Source: Spirochaetia bacterium (lineage in GTDB: Bacteria > Spirochaetota > Spirochaetia > SZUA-6 > Bin103). Taken from it: a stretch of DNA of 64,000 nt. Positions 39,220 to 50,397 of this stretch are shown in pieces; positions within the stretch are counted from its first letter, which is position 1; each line of letters opens with the position of its first letter. A program made the translations under genes and the position numbers. The notes under the pieces are model-generated. The model did not search any database and was not told the origin of the DNA. It saw only the letters and a program-made list of their open reading frames with translations. The stretch spans positions 96,001 through 160,000 of the forward strand of contig CBDBOV010000001.1 in NCBI GenBank assembly GCA_965208575.1, in the 5' to 3' direction.

Positions 39220-42056
39220 ATGACAGACGACGGAGAGCGGGGGCGAGCGGCGCGCGAGGGCGCCGCGGAACGGGACATGCTTGGAGGTGTGGAGTCGGCG
39301 CCGCTGGAGGCGCCGTGGCTGCTGCGTTATCGGGTGGAGCTGCCGGATCCGATCGAGGGTCATGTCCGGCGTCCAGCCGTGGAGGAACGGTGCGCTCTCC
39401 TGGACCGCCGCCTGACGGTGCTGCACGCCCCCGGGGCTTCGGCAAGACGGCTCTGCTCGGCGAGCGTTGCCGCGCGCTGCGCGCACGAGGCGTGGCGGTC
39501 GCCTGGCTCTCGCTCGACGAGGAGGACGGACCGGGAGCGGTGGCGGCCTACCTCGCCCTGGCATTCGAGCAGGCCGGCCTGGCGACTGTCGGCACCGCGG
39601 GTGAACCGGGAAGGTCAATCGAAGCCAAAGGCGCGGGGCGTGACCAAGCGGCGGCCAGTCAGACCGAGTACCGCCTCAGCCTGCTGATCCGCGCGTTGGA
39701 GCGGCGAAGCGAGCCGTGCGTGCTGGCGCTCGACGAGTTGGAGAGGCTGTGCAACCCCGATGCAGTCGCGGTGATCAACTCGTTGCTCCGGCGTGCGCCG
39801 CGCACCCTGCACGTTGGTATGGCGTTCCGGGAACGGCCACCGGGGCTGGACATTGCGATGTTCGCGCTCGAAGGGCGGGCAGCGACGGTGACCGTAGACG
39901 ACCTGCGATTCTCGGCGCAAGACGTGTCTCGATTCTTCGACCGGCGGCTGTCGCGCCGCGAGTTGGCCGCCGTGGTGGCCGGCTCGGCAGGCTGGCCGAT
40001 CGCGCTGCGCATGTACCGCAACGCCGGACCGAAAGGGCTGGCGAGCGCCGCGGGTGACGACGACGCGGTGGCCGGATGGATTGAAACGCGGCTGTGGCGT
40101 GGCATATCGGCGGAGGACCGCGACTTCGTGCTCGACATCGCGCTGTTCGACGGTCTCGACCCCGATCTGATCGACGAGGTGACAGGGGCGGGCAATTCGG
40201 CCCGGCGGCTGGCCTCGCTGGGAGCGCTGGCCGGGCTGTGGTCCACCACTCGCACCGAATCGGCGATGCGGCTGCATCCGCTTATCAAGGACCGGTGCGA
40301 GAAACAGCGGTTCGAGGAAGACCCGGAGCGCTTTCGGGCCATCCACCGCGGCATCTGCGTCGCGCTCGCGCGCCGCGGTCAGGTCGTTGCGGCGTTGCGC
40401 CACGCCGTAGAGGCCAACGATGCGGACTTGCTCGGTCCGATCGCGGAGGGTCAAGGCGGAGTCAGGCTTTGGATGGAGCAGGGCCTGGAGGCGCTGCGCA
40501 CGGTCGACAACCTGCTGAGCGAGCCGATCCGCGCGAGCTACCCTCGACTGGCACTGGTGCGTTGCATCGTCCTGACCGCGTCCGGCGACATCCGCGGCGC
40601 ACTACGGGTCTACGAAGCCACGGCCTCGGCAACCGACGGCTTCACGCACGATCGCAAGGGTGGCGACGACCGGGCGTTGCAGATTGAACACCACTTCGTC
40701 CTGGGCCAGCAGTACATGTGCGGCTGCAAACCGTTCGCGGACGGGATCCTTCCGCTTGCCCTCGCGAAGGGGGTGGCGGAAGCCCCCGACACTGACCCGT
40801 GGCTGCGCGCGTTCTTCTGCCTGGGGATGTGCATCGCGTCCAACCAGTTGACGGCGTTCGACGAGTCCGTCGAGTGGGCGGAGCGCGCGCGGGCGATGTT
40901 TGGGCGCGGCTCGCCATACTTGGCTCACGTCGACTTCCAGGCGGGGTCGGTGGCCATGGCGACGGGGCGCCCGCAGGAGGCCCGTTCCTGCTACGAGCGT
41001 GCGCTGAAGGTCGCGCGGGCGAGCCACCTGCGCGATGCGGGCGCGGTATTGATCGGTGACGTGCTGGCGGCGGAGTTGGCGCTGGAACGCTCGGCCGGTA
41101 TGCCCCCCGAAGGCACGCGAGTTTCCCCACGGCTGCTCGGGGAGTGCAGCGCATGGCTCGACATCTACACGGCGAGCATCTGGGTGGAGGTAGAGCGTGA
41201 GTTGGTGCGTGGCGGTCCGGAGGTGGCGCTGCGGCTGGTCGAGGACGCACTCGAATACGCGCGTCATACCGAGCGACCGCTGCTGGCACGCTGGCTTACG
41301 GCGCTACGGGTCTCCGTGCTGCTTGCCGGCGACATGGTAGAAGCGGCGAGCCGTGCGTGGCGGTACGATCGGCTGCCGGATACGGCCGCCGCCTGTACGG
41401 ATCTGCACAGCCAGAGCTGGCGGGAGGTGGAGATGCTCGCCTGTACCCGGATGCGCCTGTCGATCGCGCTCGGCGACTTCGACGCCGCCCGCGAGATTGG
41501 CGGCACGCTGGATGCCGTCACCGCGGAGCGCGGGCTGGTACGGACGCGGATGCGCGGGCTGGCGCTGGCGCTGGCGCTGGAGCACCGGGCCGGCAACGGA
41601 AAGCGCGCGCGGGCGCACCTGGCGGGGTTCTTGCAACTGTTTGCCGAGGCGGACTACGCGTGGCCGCTTGCGCGCGAGCGGACGGTCGCCCGTGCGCTGC
41701 TCGACGATGCCGTGGACAGCTTCAAGGCTGCCCCCGCCCTGGCGGAAGCAGCCGCCGTGCTGCGGGCGGCCGTGGATGACAGCGCCGTCGCAGGTGTGGA
41801 CCAGGTGCACCGGATCCTCACTCAGCGCGAATTCGACGTGTTGGAGCGACTCGAACGTTACCGCGACAAGGAGATCGCCTGGGACCTGAAGTTGTCCTAC
41901 GACGGCGTACGTTTTCGCGTGCGCAGCATCTTCGCCAAGCTCGGCGCGCGCGGACGGCTCGACGCCGTACACCGGGCCCGCGCGCGCGGCATCCTGCCTC
42001 CCGCCGACGACGCGGCGGAGGCAGAGTCGTCGCCGCACCATGTGCCGACTTGGTGA
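39220..42056 (+). pseudogene. MalT/LAL-family ATP-dependent LuxR regulator with a frameshift in Walker A
   Basis: VLHAPG|GFGKT split at the C5G4 tract (39428-39436); AWLSLDE, LALDE, LRFS, GWPIAL, HPLI; C-terminal LTQREFDVL..KEIAWDL..IFAKLG. Confidence 0.88.
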
Positions 42057-42084
42057 CCGCTCTGCCGGCCTATAACCGTCCGCC

Positions 42085-42154
42085 ATCTACCGCTCCGGTA
42101 GTCCGGGGTACTACCGTCCCAGACCGGGAATAAACGCTTTCCACCGTTGCACAT
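42085..42154 (+). promoter_or_regulatory. Conserved ~70-bp element, copy 2
   Basis: atCTACCgctccGGTAGtccggggtactacc...gaataaacgctttccaccgttgcacat; similarity to copy 1 spans about 42055-42175. Confidence 0.75.
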
Positions 42155-42191
42155 TTGCTGGGCTCTCTCGCATGGTGGAGAGGTCGGTCCC

Positions 42192-43169
42192 ATGAAACCC
42201 GTCACCATTTCATTGCTAGCAGCTCTCATCGCTATTTCTGTGGTTGCTGGCTGTCGTGGAAGCGTCTCGAAACCGGAACCAGAACAACAGATCCCGGAAA
42301 CGCCGGAGACTCCAGAAGAGCCAAAATCACCAGAGACTCCAGGACAGCCGGAAACGCCGGACGAGCCAAATGAGCCGGAAGAACCAGGAACACCGGAGGA
42401 ACCGGAAGAGCCGATAGAACCGGAAGAACCAGGAGAACCAACGGTACCAACGGCTCCACCTACGTCACCTACTACACCGCCAGTGCAACCAGAGGAGCCG
42501 GAACCTCTCCCGTTGGTAACAATCAGCGCGATCGGCGGTACTATTACCGAAGGAGAGACCGCGCAATTCAAGGTCACGTCAACGCCGGCGCCAGAATCTG
42601 ATCTTGAAGTGAAGCTGTCGGTGACCGACATAGGAAACCTCCTGAATCGGAGGGGTGTATCGACAACGACGATTTCGGCAAACCAAGAAACAGTCACTAT
42701 TTCAACTTCTACAAAGTCAAGCGGTGGAACTCCCGGCAAGGTATACAATCATGATGGAGCGATATTTGTGACCGTTTCTTCGAGCGACGACTACGTGACA
42801 GATTCTTCTGATACCGCCGCTGTATTAGTGAAGGACGTGCACAAGGACCCGGACGACATCTACAGTATCAATGTATCGGTAACTCCGAATCCAATTGAGT
42901 TCGAAAAATCACTGCAAATAACCTATACCAGCGACGTAGATGGCCCGCTGTTCTTCAATCCAGCATATCGCTACATGCCTTCGCGACATATACGCAAGCA
43001 GTTTTTCAGGCTGGAGTCGATTGACGAAGATGGTCATTTTGCACAACACTCCGTGATATATGGAACTTCAACCGATCGTTTCTTGGCCGTCTACATTGAC
43101 AACATATACTCCCCAGAGAACCTTGGATTCGGCGACCGGACGTTGGTGATAGTACCAATTCGTCGTTAG
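42192..43169 (+). CDS. Lipoprotein with Pro/Glu-rich linker and Calx-beta/Ig-like domain
   Basis: MKPVTISLLAALIAISVVAGC lipobox; PEEP/PETP repeats; ITEGETAQFKVTS; lower GC. Confidence 0.8.
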   Translation: MKPVTISLLAALIAISVVAGCRGSVSKPEPEQQIPETPETPEEPKSPETPGQPETPDEPNEPEEPGTPEEPEEPIEPEEPGEPTVPTAPPTSPTTPPVQPEEPEPLPLVTISAIGGTITEGETAQFKVTSTPAPESDLEVKLSVTDIGNLLNRRGVSTTTISANQETVTISTSTKSSGGTPGKVYNHDGAIFVTVSSSDDYVTDSSDTAAVLVKDVHKDPDDIYSINVSVTPNPIEFEKSLQITYTSDVDGPLFFNPAYRYMPSRHIRKQFFRLESIDEDGHFAQHSVIYGTSTDRFLAVYIDNIYSPENLGFGDRTLVIVPIRR

Positions 43170-43448
43170 GTGGTTTACACCGGCCCGGGGCCGGCGCAGT
43201 CATGGAAGAAGAAAGGATGAGGTACGCTAAGCGCACGGTATTCCGAGAGTGAGGCGCGGCAACACCGCCACCTGCACGATCTGGGCTGCGTCCCGAACGA
43301 TATAGTGGGGTTCCTGGACTTCTACGAAGCGCGCCGAACGCGTATCGTAGAAAGGCTACGCGACTTGCTCGCGTCCGACGCCACAGGGAACGGGAACTAG
43401 CATGACGAGTCGCCAAGAGGGCTATTCTAATGCGGAAGGACGGTTACA

Positions 43449-43844
43449 GTGGAAAACGTGAAGATCGCGGCGTTGATCGGCCGCGCGCCGTGGAGGGAGG
43501 CGATCACCTTCCGGGACACATGGCCCCACGAGTACGTGCTCAGCCGCAAGGACGGTCAGAATGAGTTGATCGAGTTGGTCTGTGCCCGCCTCCGCGCCGG
43601 CGAAGGAGTTGATGGCACCTTCTATGGTAGGCCGAACACGTACCTGTTTGTCGGCCGCTACAAGTACTGGCTCATGACCCATTGGGACTTTGTCGACCTT
43701 AACGACGGACAGGACTACGTGCTGAATCGAGCGCATCTGTATCGCGATCGACGTGATTTCGTCATTCAAAGTGGGGACACAGGGAAGCGCGAGGATTATC
43801 CCGCCAAGCCAGCGGGACCAATTCAACGCGTAGACCAGCGATAG
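43449..43844 (+). CDS. Conserved hypothetical protein
   Basis: RBS ggaagg; W..A.T..TWPHEY and YL..G.YKYW motifs look protein-like. Confidence 0.65.
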   Translation: MENVKIAALIGRAPWREAITFRDTWPHEYVLSRKDGQNELIELVCARLRAGEGVDGTFYGRPNTYLFVGRYKYWLMTHWDFVDLNDGQDYVLNRAHLYRDRRDFVIQSGDTGKREDYPAKPAGPIQRVDQR

Positions 43845-43940
43845 CAAGGATGCATACGCATTCAACTGGGGTATGGCGCCGTGTGCGCCGCTGGAGATGG
43901 GAGATCGCCGAATGGCGAGTCAACGAAACTACCGGTAGTA

Positions 43941-44960
43941 TTCCCCCGGGTCGGCGGTTCGCAGACTCGCCAGTGCCGCCAGCACCCGGTCGACGGCGGT
44001 GGCGTCCCACGGTGGCGGCCACCGGCAACCGCTCAGATCCTCCAGCAGCAACAGCGGCCGTTCGCCGTCGTCCCAGCCGCGCACCCGCGGCATGAAGTCG
44101 CCCTGCAGCGCTGCGTATACCCGCTGTTCCGTTCGCAGCCCATCCGCGGTCAACGGGTCGACAGCGATCTTGGCGAACGCGCTCGAGCGATCGGCGAGCG
44201 CCACGATCCAGCGCTGCGCAGGGGTGTAACCGCGGAGCGCGCGGCGGAAGCTGACCGCGCGCTGTCCTGCCAAGGCGCCGATACGGGAAATGTCCACCCC
44301 GGCCGGCTGGGCGGTGCCGGCGTCTCGACCCATTTCCCCATGGTACCCTTGCGAACGAGAGCAGGGTAGGCGGATGCGTCCAGCACGCTGGCGCGGCGGT
44401 TTCCACGCCGAGGCGCCACGAGGCCATTGATCGCTCCGGGTCACGTCGGACGGGTTCGTGGTCGGTACAGCGTCGCTGCCGCGTCATAGCGCGCGGGTTC
44501 GGTGGGTAGCACGCTTGCCCGCGTCAGCAGCCCTCGAAGCGCTTCAAGGTGGCTCTCGTCTTGTGCGCCTGCGAGTACCTCCATCCGGATCGCATCGCAG
44601 ATCGCGAGGTCGCCGTCCAACTCGGCGTGGTATGTAGTGTGTGTACCGCGCTACGACACCGCGTCGCAGTGTGCCAGCTCCCAGCCGTGGAAGACCAGCG
44701 CCAGCCCCGTGAACCGCACGCCCGGAAACTGCCGCGCCAGCCGCTCGTCCGCCAGGTAGCGCGCGAGTTGGGTGGTCGCGTCGCTCACCGCCGCCGCCAC
44801 GGCGTCCCGGTCCGCCGACTCGCCGCGCTGAGAGCGCCTATGGCGATCGAGGTACTTCAGCTCGATCAGGTAGCCGTGCCGCAGGTGCGGGAAGCGCGCG
44901 AGCAACGGCTCCAGGCTGATGTCCGCATGTCCCTTTCCCAGTTCCGCCTCGGAGCGGAAC
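43941..44960. repeat. ~1-kb direct duplicate of 30220-31219 (APH 5' half, spacer, PDDEXK 3' end)
   Basis: Near-identical sequence, truncated at both ends. Confidence 0.93.
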
Positions 44961-45168
44961 CAGTCGGCCGCGTAGCCCTCGGTCACGTCGGTGGGCCGGG
45001 CGTGGTTGACCAGCCGCTTGGTCGGCGACCGCGGCAGCGTCAACTCGCGGTCGGCGATCGTGATCAGGCAGTTGCGGAAGCCGTGGAACCAGAACTTCCT
45101 GCCGCCCGCCCGCGAGATGCGGGCATAGAGGTGGGTGAGCACCGAGACGTGGCCCGACCGGCTCGCCG
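44651..45168 (-). pseudogene. In-frame chimera of integrase C-terminus (fragment 3) and PD-(D/E)XK C-terminus
   Basis: ..FHGFRNC..NHARPTDVTEGYAADW|FRSEAELGKGHADISLEP..IELKY. Confidence 0.85.
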
Positions 45169-45170
45169 GA

Positions 45171-45242
45171 CCGGTGGCTTTAATGCTGGACGGGTGGCTT
45201 CCTTGAAAACGGATCAGTGGCTCTTTTGCACCGGATTATGCA
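45171..45242 (+). mobile_element. Orphan IS21-family right end
   Basis: Three GTGGCT repeats ending ACCGGATTATGCA (TGCATAATCCGG read from outside), typical of IS21-family ends. Confidence 0.6.
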
Positions 45243-45253
45243 GTTAAATCGGT

Positions 45254-45913
45254 CTACACGAATCCCTCGTCGACAAGTTGGCTCCCGCCCGGCGTGATTT
45301 CGTGGCGTTGGCCTGATCCTCCGACGATCCGGCACCAACTCTCCGAAATGAGCTTGGGGCGGACACCTCCCGCCTCCAGTCGGTAGCTGAACCCGCCTGC
45401 CATGCCTGGTACCGCGAACCACATCTTGGGCACATCCAACTCCAACAGTGGCTCCAACTCTGGCAACCGGAGTCCGTGCTCCTTGATGAGCTGTTCGGCC
45501 CGACCACGCATGACGGTGTGGAAGTGAGCTTGCATCTTCAGAAGCATTCCAAGAGGCACGGGGTGCCTGTGCACGGGAGTTAGCGTACCGAGCAGATGTC
45601 GATGACCGCGACCGTCGGCGACGTCTACGGGACGCTCGCCGCGAGCGTTCTGATACGTGCGCCAAGCTCCGAAACCGATCAACTTCCGGACCACGGTGAC
45701 TGGAGCACCGTGCCAAGCAGCTTGGTGGAGCGGCGCGTACCAGGCAGATCCACCGGGTCGGGTAGAGTTGATCCACTCTCGATTTCTGGACAGCAACTCG
45801 AATACGCGGGGCCAATCGCCAGTGTTGGCAGCGTCGGCCAACGCCTCGCGCGTTCTCGCTGCTTCGTCGGTCAGCGTTCGGGGTTGGGTGATTCCATCCC
45901 AAATGGTATCCAT
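45254..45913 (-). CDS. Ankyrin-repeat protein
   Basis: RBS aggagg; LADAANTGDW, PLHQAAWHGA..VVRKLIGFGA, GERPVDVA..GH..L. Confidence 0.82.
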   Translation of the reverse strand: MDTIWDGITQPRTLTDEAARTREALADAANTGDWPRVFELLSRNREWINSTRPGGSAWYAPLHQAAWHGAPVTVVRKLIGFGAWRTYQNARGERPVDVADGRGHRHLLGTLTPVHRHPVPLGMLLKMQAHFHTVMRGRAEQLIKEHGLRLPELEPLLELDVPKMWFAVPGMAGGFSYRLEAGGVRPKLISESWCRIVGGSGQRHEITPGGSQLVDEGFV

Positions 45914-46066
45914 GTCGCACCTCCTGCAACGCTAGGCACTCGCGGTGTCCGAAGGACATCGTCGACGGGAAGCTTCCCGCGAGTCGCTGGCATTCAACAC
46001 AACATTACGCCGCAGCCCCGGCGCGTCAACGGCGGCGTGGTCTTCGTCGGTCGCACGCGCGGTGTG

Positions 46067-46320
46067 GAGCGACAATCAGGATGAGAGCGCGCCAGGCTAA
46101 CTGGCGGAGGGGTAAGGGTGAGAGTCCCTGGAAAGAAGGATGAGCCAGTCTACGATTCACCGCGAGCCGTGCAGCGATATCCGTGAGGGTGTCGGTGAAG
46201 CGTCGGTAGCGGAGCGTGTGGGCAGGGTATTGAGCGCCGAAACTGATATGTTCCCGAATGTGCCGAGGCTCTTCTCATGGTCGAAGGCAATATCGGGTGC
46301 GCCGCTATGGCGAGGCGCAG
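46067..46320 (+). ncRNA. Group II intron 5' (domain I) remnant
   Basis: caggatgagagcgcgccaggctaactggcgg..gggtgagagtccc..ccgtgaggg..gaagcgtcggtagcgg..attgagcgccgaaa..gaaggcaa..ccgctatggcgaggcgc resembles bacterial group II intron domain I. No RT ORF or DV/DVI follows. Confidence 0.75.
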
Positions 46321-46432
46321 CTGCGCAGCCAGCGCCCGGATGCCAGACCAAGCGCCAGAAACTCCGCCGGTGCCGCTGCCACCCGCCGCCAGCTCCCGCC
46401 GCGACCGCGATCGGCAGCGCTCAACGGCGGCA
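46320..46432 (-). pseudogene. Third APH fragment
   Basis: Matches 30103-30215. Confidence 0.9.
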
Positions 46433-46434
46433 TG

Positions 46435-47245
46435 CTGGTACCGTATCGTCCTGCTCGGCTACGATCCGCGCCTGCAGCGACCGGAGAACATCGTGCACTT
46501 CTTCCACGACGTGTGCGGCGACGTACGGATTACGCCGGAGGTGTTGGCACGGCGCACCGCCACCTGTCGGCGGTGGCTGGACAGCTACGCCGAGCAGCAC
46601 AGGGTGACGGTCCTGACGGCGCCGAAGGGTGTCCGCAAGGAGCAGGTGGTCGCGCCCTACTACCGCTCGTTCAAGGCTGACGCCGGCGTGGTCGTGATCC
46701 TCAAAAGCATGGAGCAGAGCCCCACCTTCATCTCCTATGAACCGCGTCATACCCCGCCGAGCGGCGATGATTTACCGGGTCATCAAGCGCGCCCGCAAGC
46801 GATTCCTGCATTACTATTCTACGTTCTGGACCCGATCATGGGGCCGATGAGCCTGTGTGTTGCATCCTATCTGCCGTTCTCGGTGAATTGCTTCATGAAC
46901 GGCCACTCCTACGTCGCCGCCGAACTGCACCACGCCGGCGTACCGTTGCGCATGCAGGACAACGCCATCGTGGCTGCGCCGATCCCGAACTGCTGGCCAC
47001 CATCGCCGACCGTCTGGACGAACGCATCCTGCACCCAGCGCGCGAGCTACTGGGCAACCCGCTTGGCGCCACGGTTTAGTGCCCGCGAGCGCGCAAGATG
47101 CCAACTCGCCTATCAGTGGTCAGTGGCGCAGATCGAATTCGCCCGCGATGTGATCTTCAAGCGCCGCGCGCGGCTGCATGATCTGTTCCAGCGCGCGGTC
47201 GAGATTGGCGTCGCCGTCGGTGGCGCGACCCAGACCCGCGTATTC
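46435..47245 (+). pseudogene. Frameshifted fragment of an uncharacterised putative transposase family
   Basis: RIVLLGY..LQRPENIVHFF, KGVRKE, HYYFYVLDP..GP, SYLPF..NGH, QDNA, WSVAQIEFARDVIF, spread over several frames. Confidence 0.55.
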
Positions 47246-47269
47246 ATACAGATTCGCGTCTCAGTTCTT

Positions 47270-48105
47270 CTACGGGCCGGCCTCCAGGATGGCGTCTATG
47301 CGGTCGGCGATGAGTTGGGCCGGCCCACGGAGCTGGCCGATGGTCCAGTCGGCCACGTAGCCCTCGGTCACGTCGGTGGGCCGGGCGTGGTTGACCAGCC
47401 GCTTGGTCAGCGACCGCGGCAGGGTCAACTCGCGGTCGGCGATGGTGATCAGGCAGTTGCGGAAGCCGTGGAACCAGAACTTCCTGCCGCCCGCGCGCGA
47501 GATGCGGGCATAGAGGTGGGTGAGCACCGAGACGTGTCCCGACCGGCTCGCCGGCGACGGGAACACGCAGCCGGTGCCGCCGGTCTCGCTGCGCCGCCAT
47601 TCCAGGATCGCCGCAAGCTGCCGGGTGATCGGCAGTTCGAGCGGGGTGCCGGTCTTGGTGTGCGGCACGTGCCCGACGCCGCGCGCCAGGTCCACGCGCT
47701 CCCAGCGCAGCGTCAGTATCTCACCCCGTCGCATCTCGGAGTACATCGCAACCCAGAAGATGGAGCGGGTCGGCGGGTCCTTCACCACCGCCTCGATGCC
47801 GCGCTGCCAGTAGGGCAGCGCTTCCGCGGGCGATGCGATCACCCGCCGCACGATCGGGTTGAATCGCCCGCCCGCCGCCAGCCACAGGTCGACCGGGTTG
47901 CGCAGCCCCTCGTGATCGACACAGGCGCGGCGGTAGACGGAGCGCAGGAGCGAAGTGACCTGGTTGCCGAATCGCCCAGCCGTGGTTGCTGGTGAGCAGG
48001 GCGAAGCGCGCCTCCACCTCGTGGCGCTCGATGGCGTTCAGCGGGCGCGGCACCCAGTCGGCGAGATGGTGCTTGATGGCGCGGCGTTAGGCGTCACCGG
48101 TCTTC
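47270..48105 (-). pseudogene. Largest tyrosine integrase remnant (fragment 4), 5'-truncated, frameshift near 47970
   Basis: Catalytic R (MRRGE), K (TKTG), HxxR (HGFR), H (NHA) and Y (EGY) are all present. Confidence 0.92.
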
Positions 48106-48834
48106 GCCGAGCGGGAGGACGGGCGGGGGTGTCAAGATTCAACCCGAAACCTCAGCCTACGCCGTCGCGGGGCGACAGTAAAGCGAGGGTCGGCGGGCGT
48201 CTGGCGGGCGTCAGTGTCCGATAACGCGCATTCGCTTTGGAGCCAGTTACTGGATGCTGTCGAACTGGACGTCCGCGTGGACGGCGGTGTGCGACCGCTC
48301 TCCAGCCTCGCGACCGCCGACTAAGTAGTCTTCATCCGCGCCGCCAGACCGCTTGTACAGTTCGGCAAGCGTGCTCATTTTCGGTCTCTCGCCGTCGGCG
48401 TCCGCCGGGTCTTCTTCATGTACGCTTGCACCTCCACGCCCCGCCGATCCTTCGTAGCGATATACAGTGCCCGGCGCGATGCCGTCCCGACCGCTGAAGG
48501 GCATTTCCCAAACGGGCAAGTGCCTGAAATGCGGGGCGCCGACTCACGTCGACGCGATGCAGCACCGCTACGCCGGCACCGATCGCGACGGGCGGCGATC
48601 CGCCGCACCGTCTCGCCTTCACGGCGGCAGCGGCGGTACAGTCTCGCCACCCCGTCGTAGTGCGCGGGTTCGGTGGGCAGCTCGCTCGCCCGGCCAGCAG
48701 CCCTCGAAGCGTTCAAGGTGCTCTCGTCTCGCGCTTCGGCGAGTACTTACATACGCATCGCGCTCAGACCTGCCGTAGCGTCAGCAAGCCGTCAGAGTGC
48801 GACAGGAAGGAAAATGAGAGGACGACAAGGTCAA

Positions 48835-50031
48835 TCAGCGTGGCTGGGTCTGTAGCTGCCAGTCGCTCGTGTAATAGGCCTTCAGATCTCCCTTTCCCTG
48901 ATTGTCCCGGTAGTACAGAACGGATTGCGACGGCCCTCTGTCCTCTCCCAAGTGAATGTTGTCCGTCCACCGCGCCAAGCTGATCCTGACGAGTTCCAAC
49001 CGATCGTCCCGAACTGACTGAATATCCTTGATGTCGGCTTCCGTTGTCTTGCGCTCCTTCCTCCGAAAGACATTCGACTTCCACCACCCCATGTTGTCCA
49101 CGGAAGCCTGCATCTCTTCCTGATAGCGCTTCACCGAGTCATTCTCCAATAGCTGTCTGAAATGACCTTCATATCGGTCTATCTTGTCGTTCAGCATGGA
49201 AAAGCTTCTAGGAACATCATCTGGATTGTCTTGAAGCGCCAGTTTCAGCCGCAGGCCGTCCACCTGTATGTCAGCAAGACTCGAGGTGACGAACAGCTCG
49301 ATTTCGGTAGGCTTGAGCCTAGCTGACATCTTCGAGCCGACGCGCTCTCTTGAGAGAATGTTGTATCTGTGGTGGAGGACGTTTACATCTCGTTCTACTA
49401 TCGCCATACGAATCTTCATCTCGTCGGTAAACCGTCTGGATTCGTGGAACTCCTGCGAGAGATCCTCGAGACGCTCCAATGCACTCATAAGGATACCGTA
49501 ATCGCCGGTTATGTCTCTCTTGATCAGCACCTCCACCGCATGAGCAAGTTTGACCAAGGAGGCCTGAATCTGATCGAACCTAACGGACATCATCATCGAT
49601 GACAAAACCATGAAAAACATTACGGGTGCGACGACTGGGATGATAGCGCCGCTTGCAGCGATGAACGGTGCTTGGGCGACTATCTTGCCACCTGACCCGA
49701 CTATCGCAGACAAGACGCCTCCACCATGCGCCATCAATGTAGATGCGTTGGCTGACGCGAAGAAAATGTTACCCGCGAACAGCGACGACGCAACGGTAGA
49801 ACCGACGCCGATGACGGGAAGACACTCCGGTCCCAAGATTCCTCCGGACCGGAACGGTTCACCGTGAGTGAGAATATTGGTATCGATCTCTTTTCTCAGT
49901 TCACCGCTCAAGTTCGTGCCGAGGTCGATCATTGCCAACTGCTGTCCTTCAACGTGAGCGATCTGCCCGACCGGACCCTTGGGTACTCTCCGATGCCGAA
50001 TAAACCTCATGGATGCGCTCCCGTACCTCAA
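48835..50031 (-). CDS. Hypothetical protein (hydrophobic hairpin plus helical/coiled-coil region)
   Basis: 398-aa clean lower-GC ORF; Gly/Ala-rich hydrophobic segment then helical region. Confidence 0.7.
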   Translation of the reverse strand: MRYGSASMRFIRHRRVPKGPVGQIAHVEGQQLAMIDLGTNLSGELRKEIDTNILTHGEPFRSGGILGPECLPVIGVGSTVASSLFAGNIFFASANASTLMAHGGGVLSAIVGSGGKIVAQAPFIAASGAIIPVVAPVMFFMVLSSMMMSVRFDQIQASLVKLAHAVEVLIKRDITGDYGILMSALERLEDLSQEFHESRRFTDEMKIRMAIVERDVNVLHHRYNILSRERVGSKMSARLKPTEIELFVTSSLADIQVDGLRLKLALQDNPDDVPRSFSMLNDKIDRYEGHFRQLLENDSVKRYQEEMQASVDNMGWWKSNVFRRKERKTTEADIKDIQSVRDDRLELVRISLARWTDNIHLGEDRGPSQSVLYYRDNQGKGDLKAYYTSDWQLQTQPR

Positions 50032-50397
50032 TGAAACAAATGATGCTGGCCGGATACGCCAGATCCGGACGAATAAAAGTATAAGAGGACTCTCTTGCCG
50101 CTCAGGACTGTATCAACCTGACGCCAGAGTGTAAAGACGATCTGGCACAAAATGTCCGTATCGAGCGAGGTCCGTCAATAGGTGTGGTGTATAAACAAGA
50201 TCAGGCGGCGGCCTCCAAGGACGTACCACAAGGAGCGGAGTGTTGACGCCTACGTCCCACCCGTTACGTGTTCGGGACACCCACGCCGCGTCGTCGGCGA
50301 CTGCACTTCCCTGGCGCTCGTGCTCGGCTATCGAACTCACTTGGTTCACCACGCCTCTTGTTGGACCTGCAAGCAATCTTGGGCGCGAGATCACGGA

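Noticed and set aside
46067-47245. Diversity-generating retroelement or retron
   Set aside because: No reverse transcriptase ORF; differences between duplicated segments do not look adenine-specific.
46277-47995. 572-aa ORF as a real gene
   Set aside because: It stitches together intron, antisense APH, transposase-like and antisense integrase sequence.
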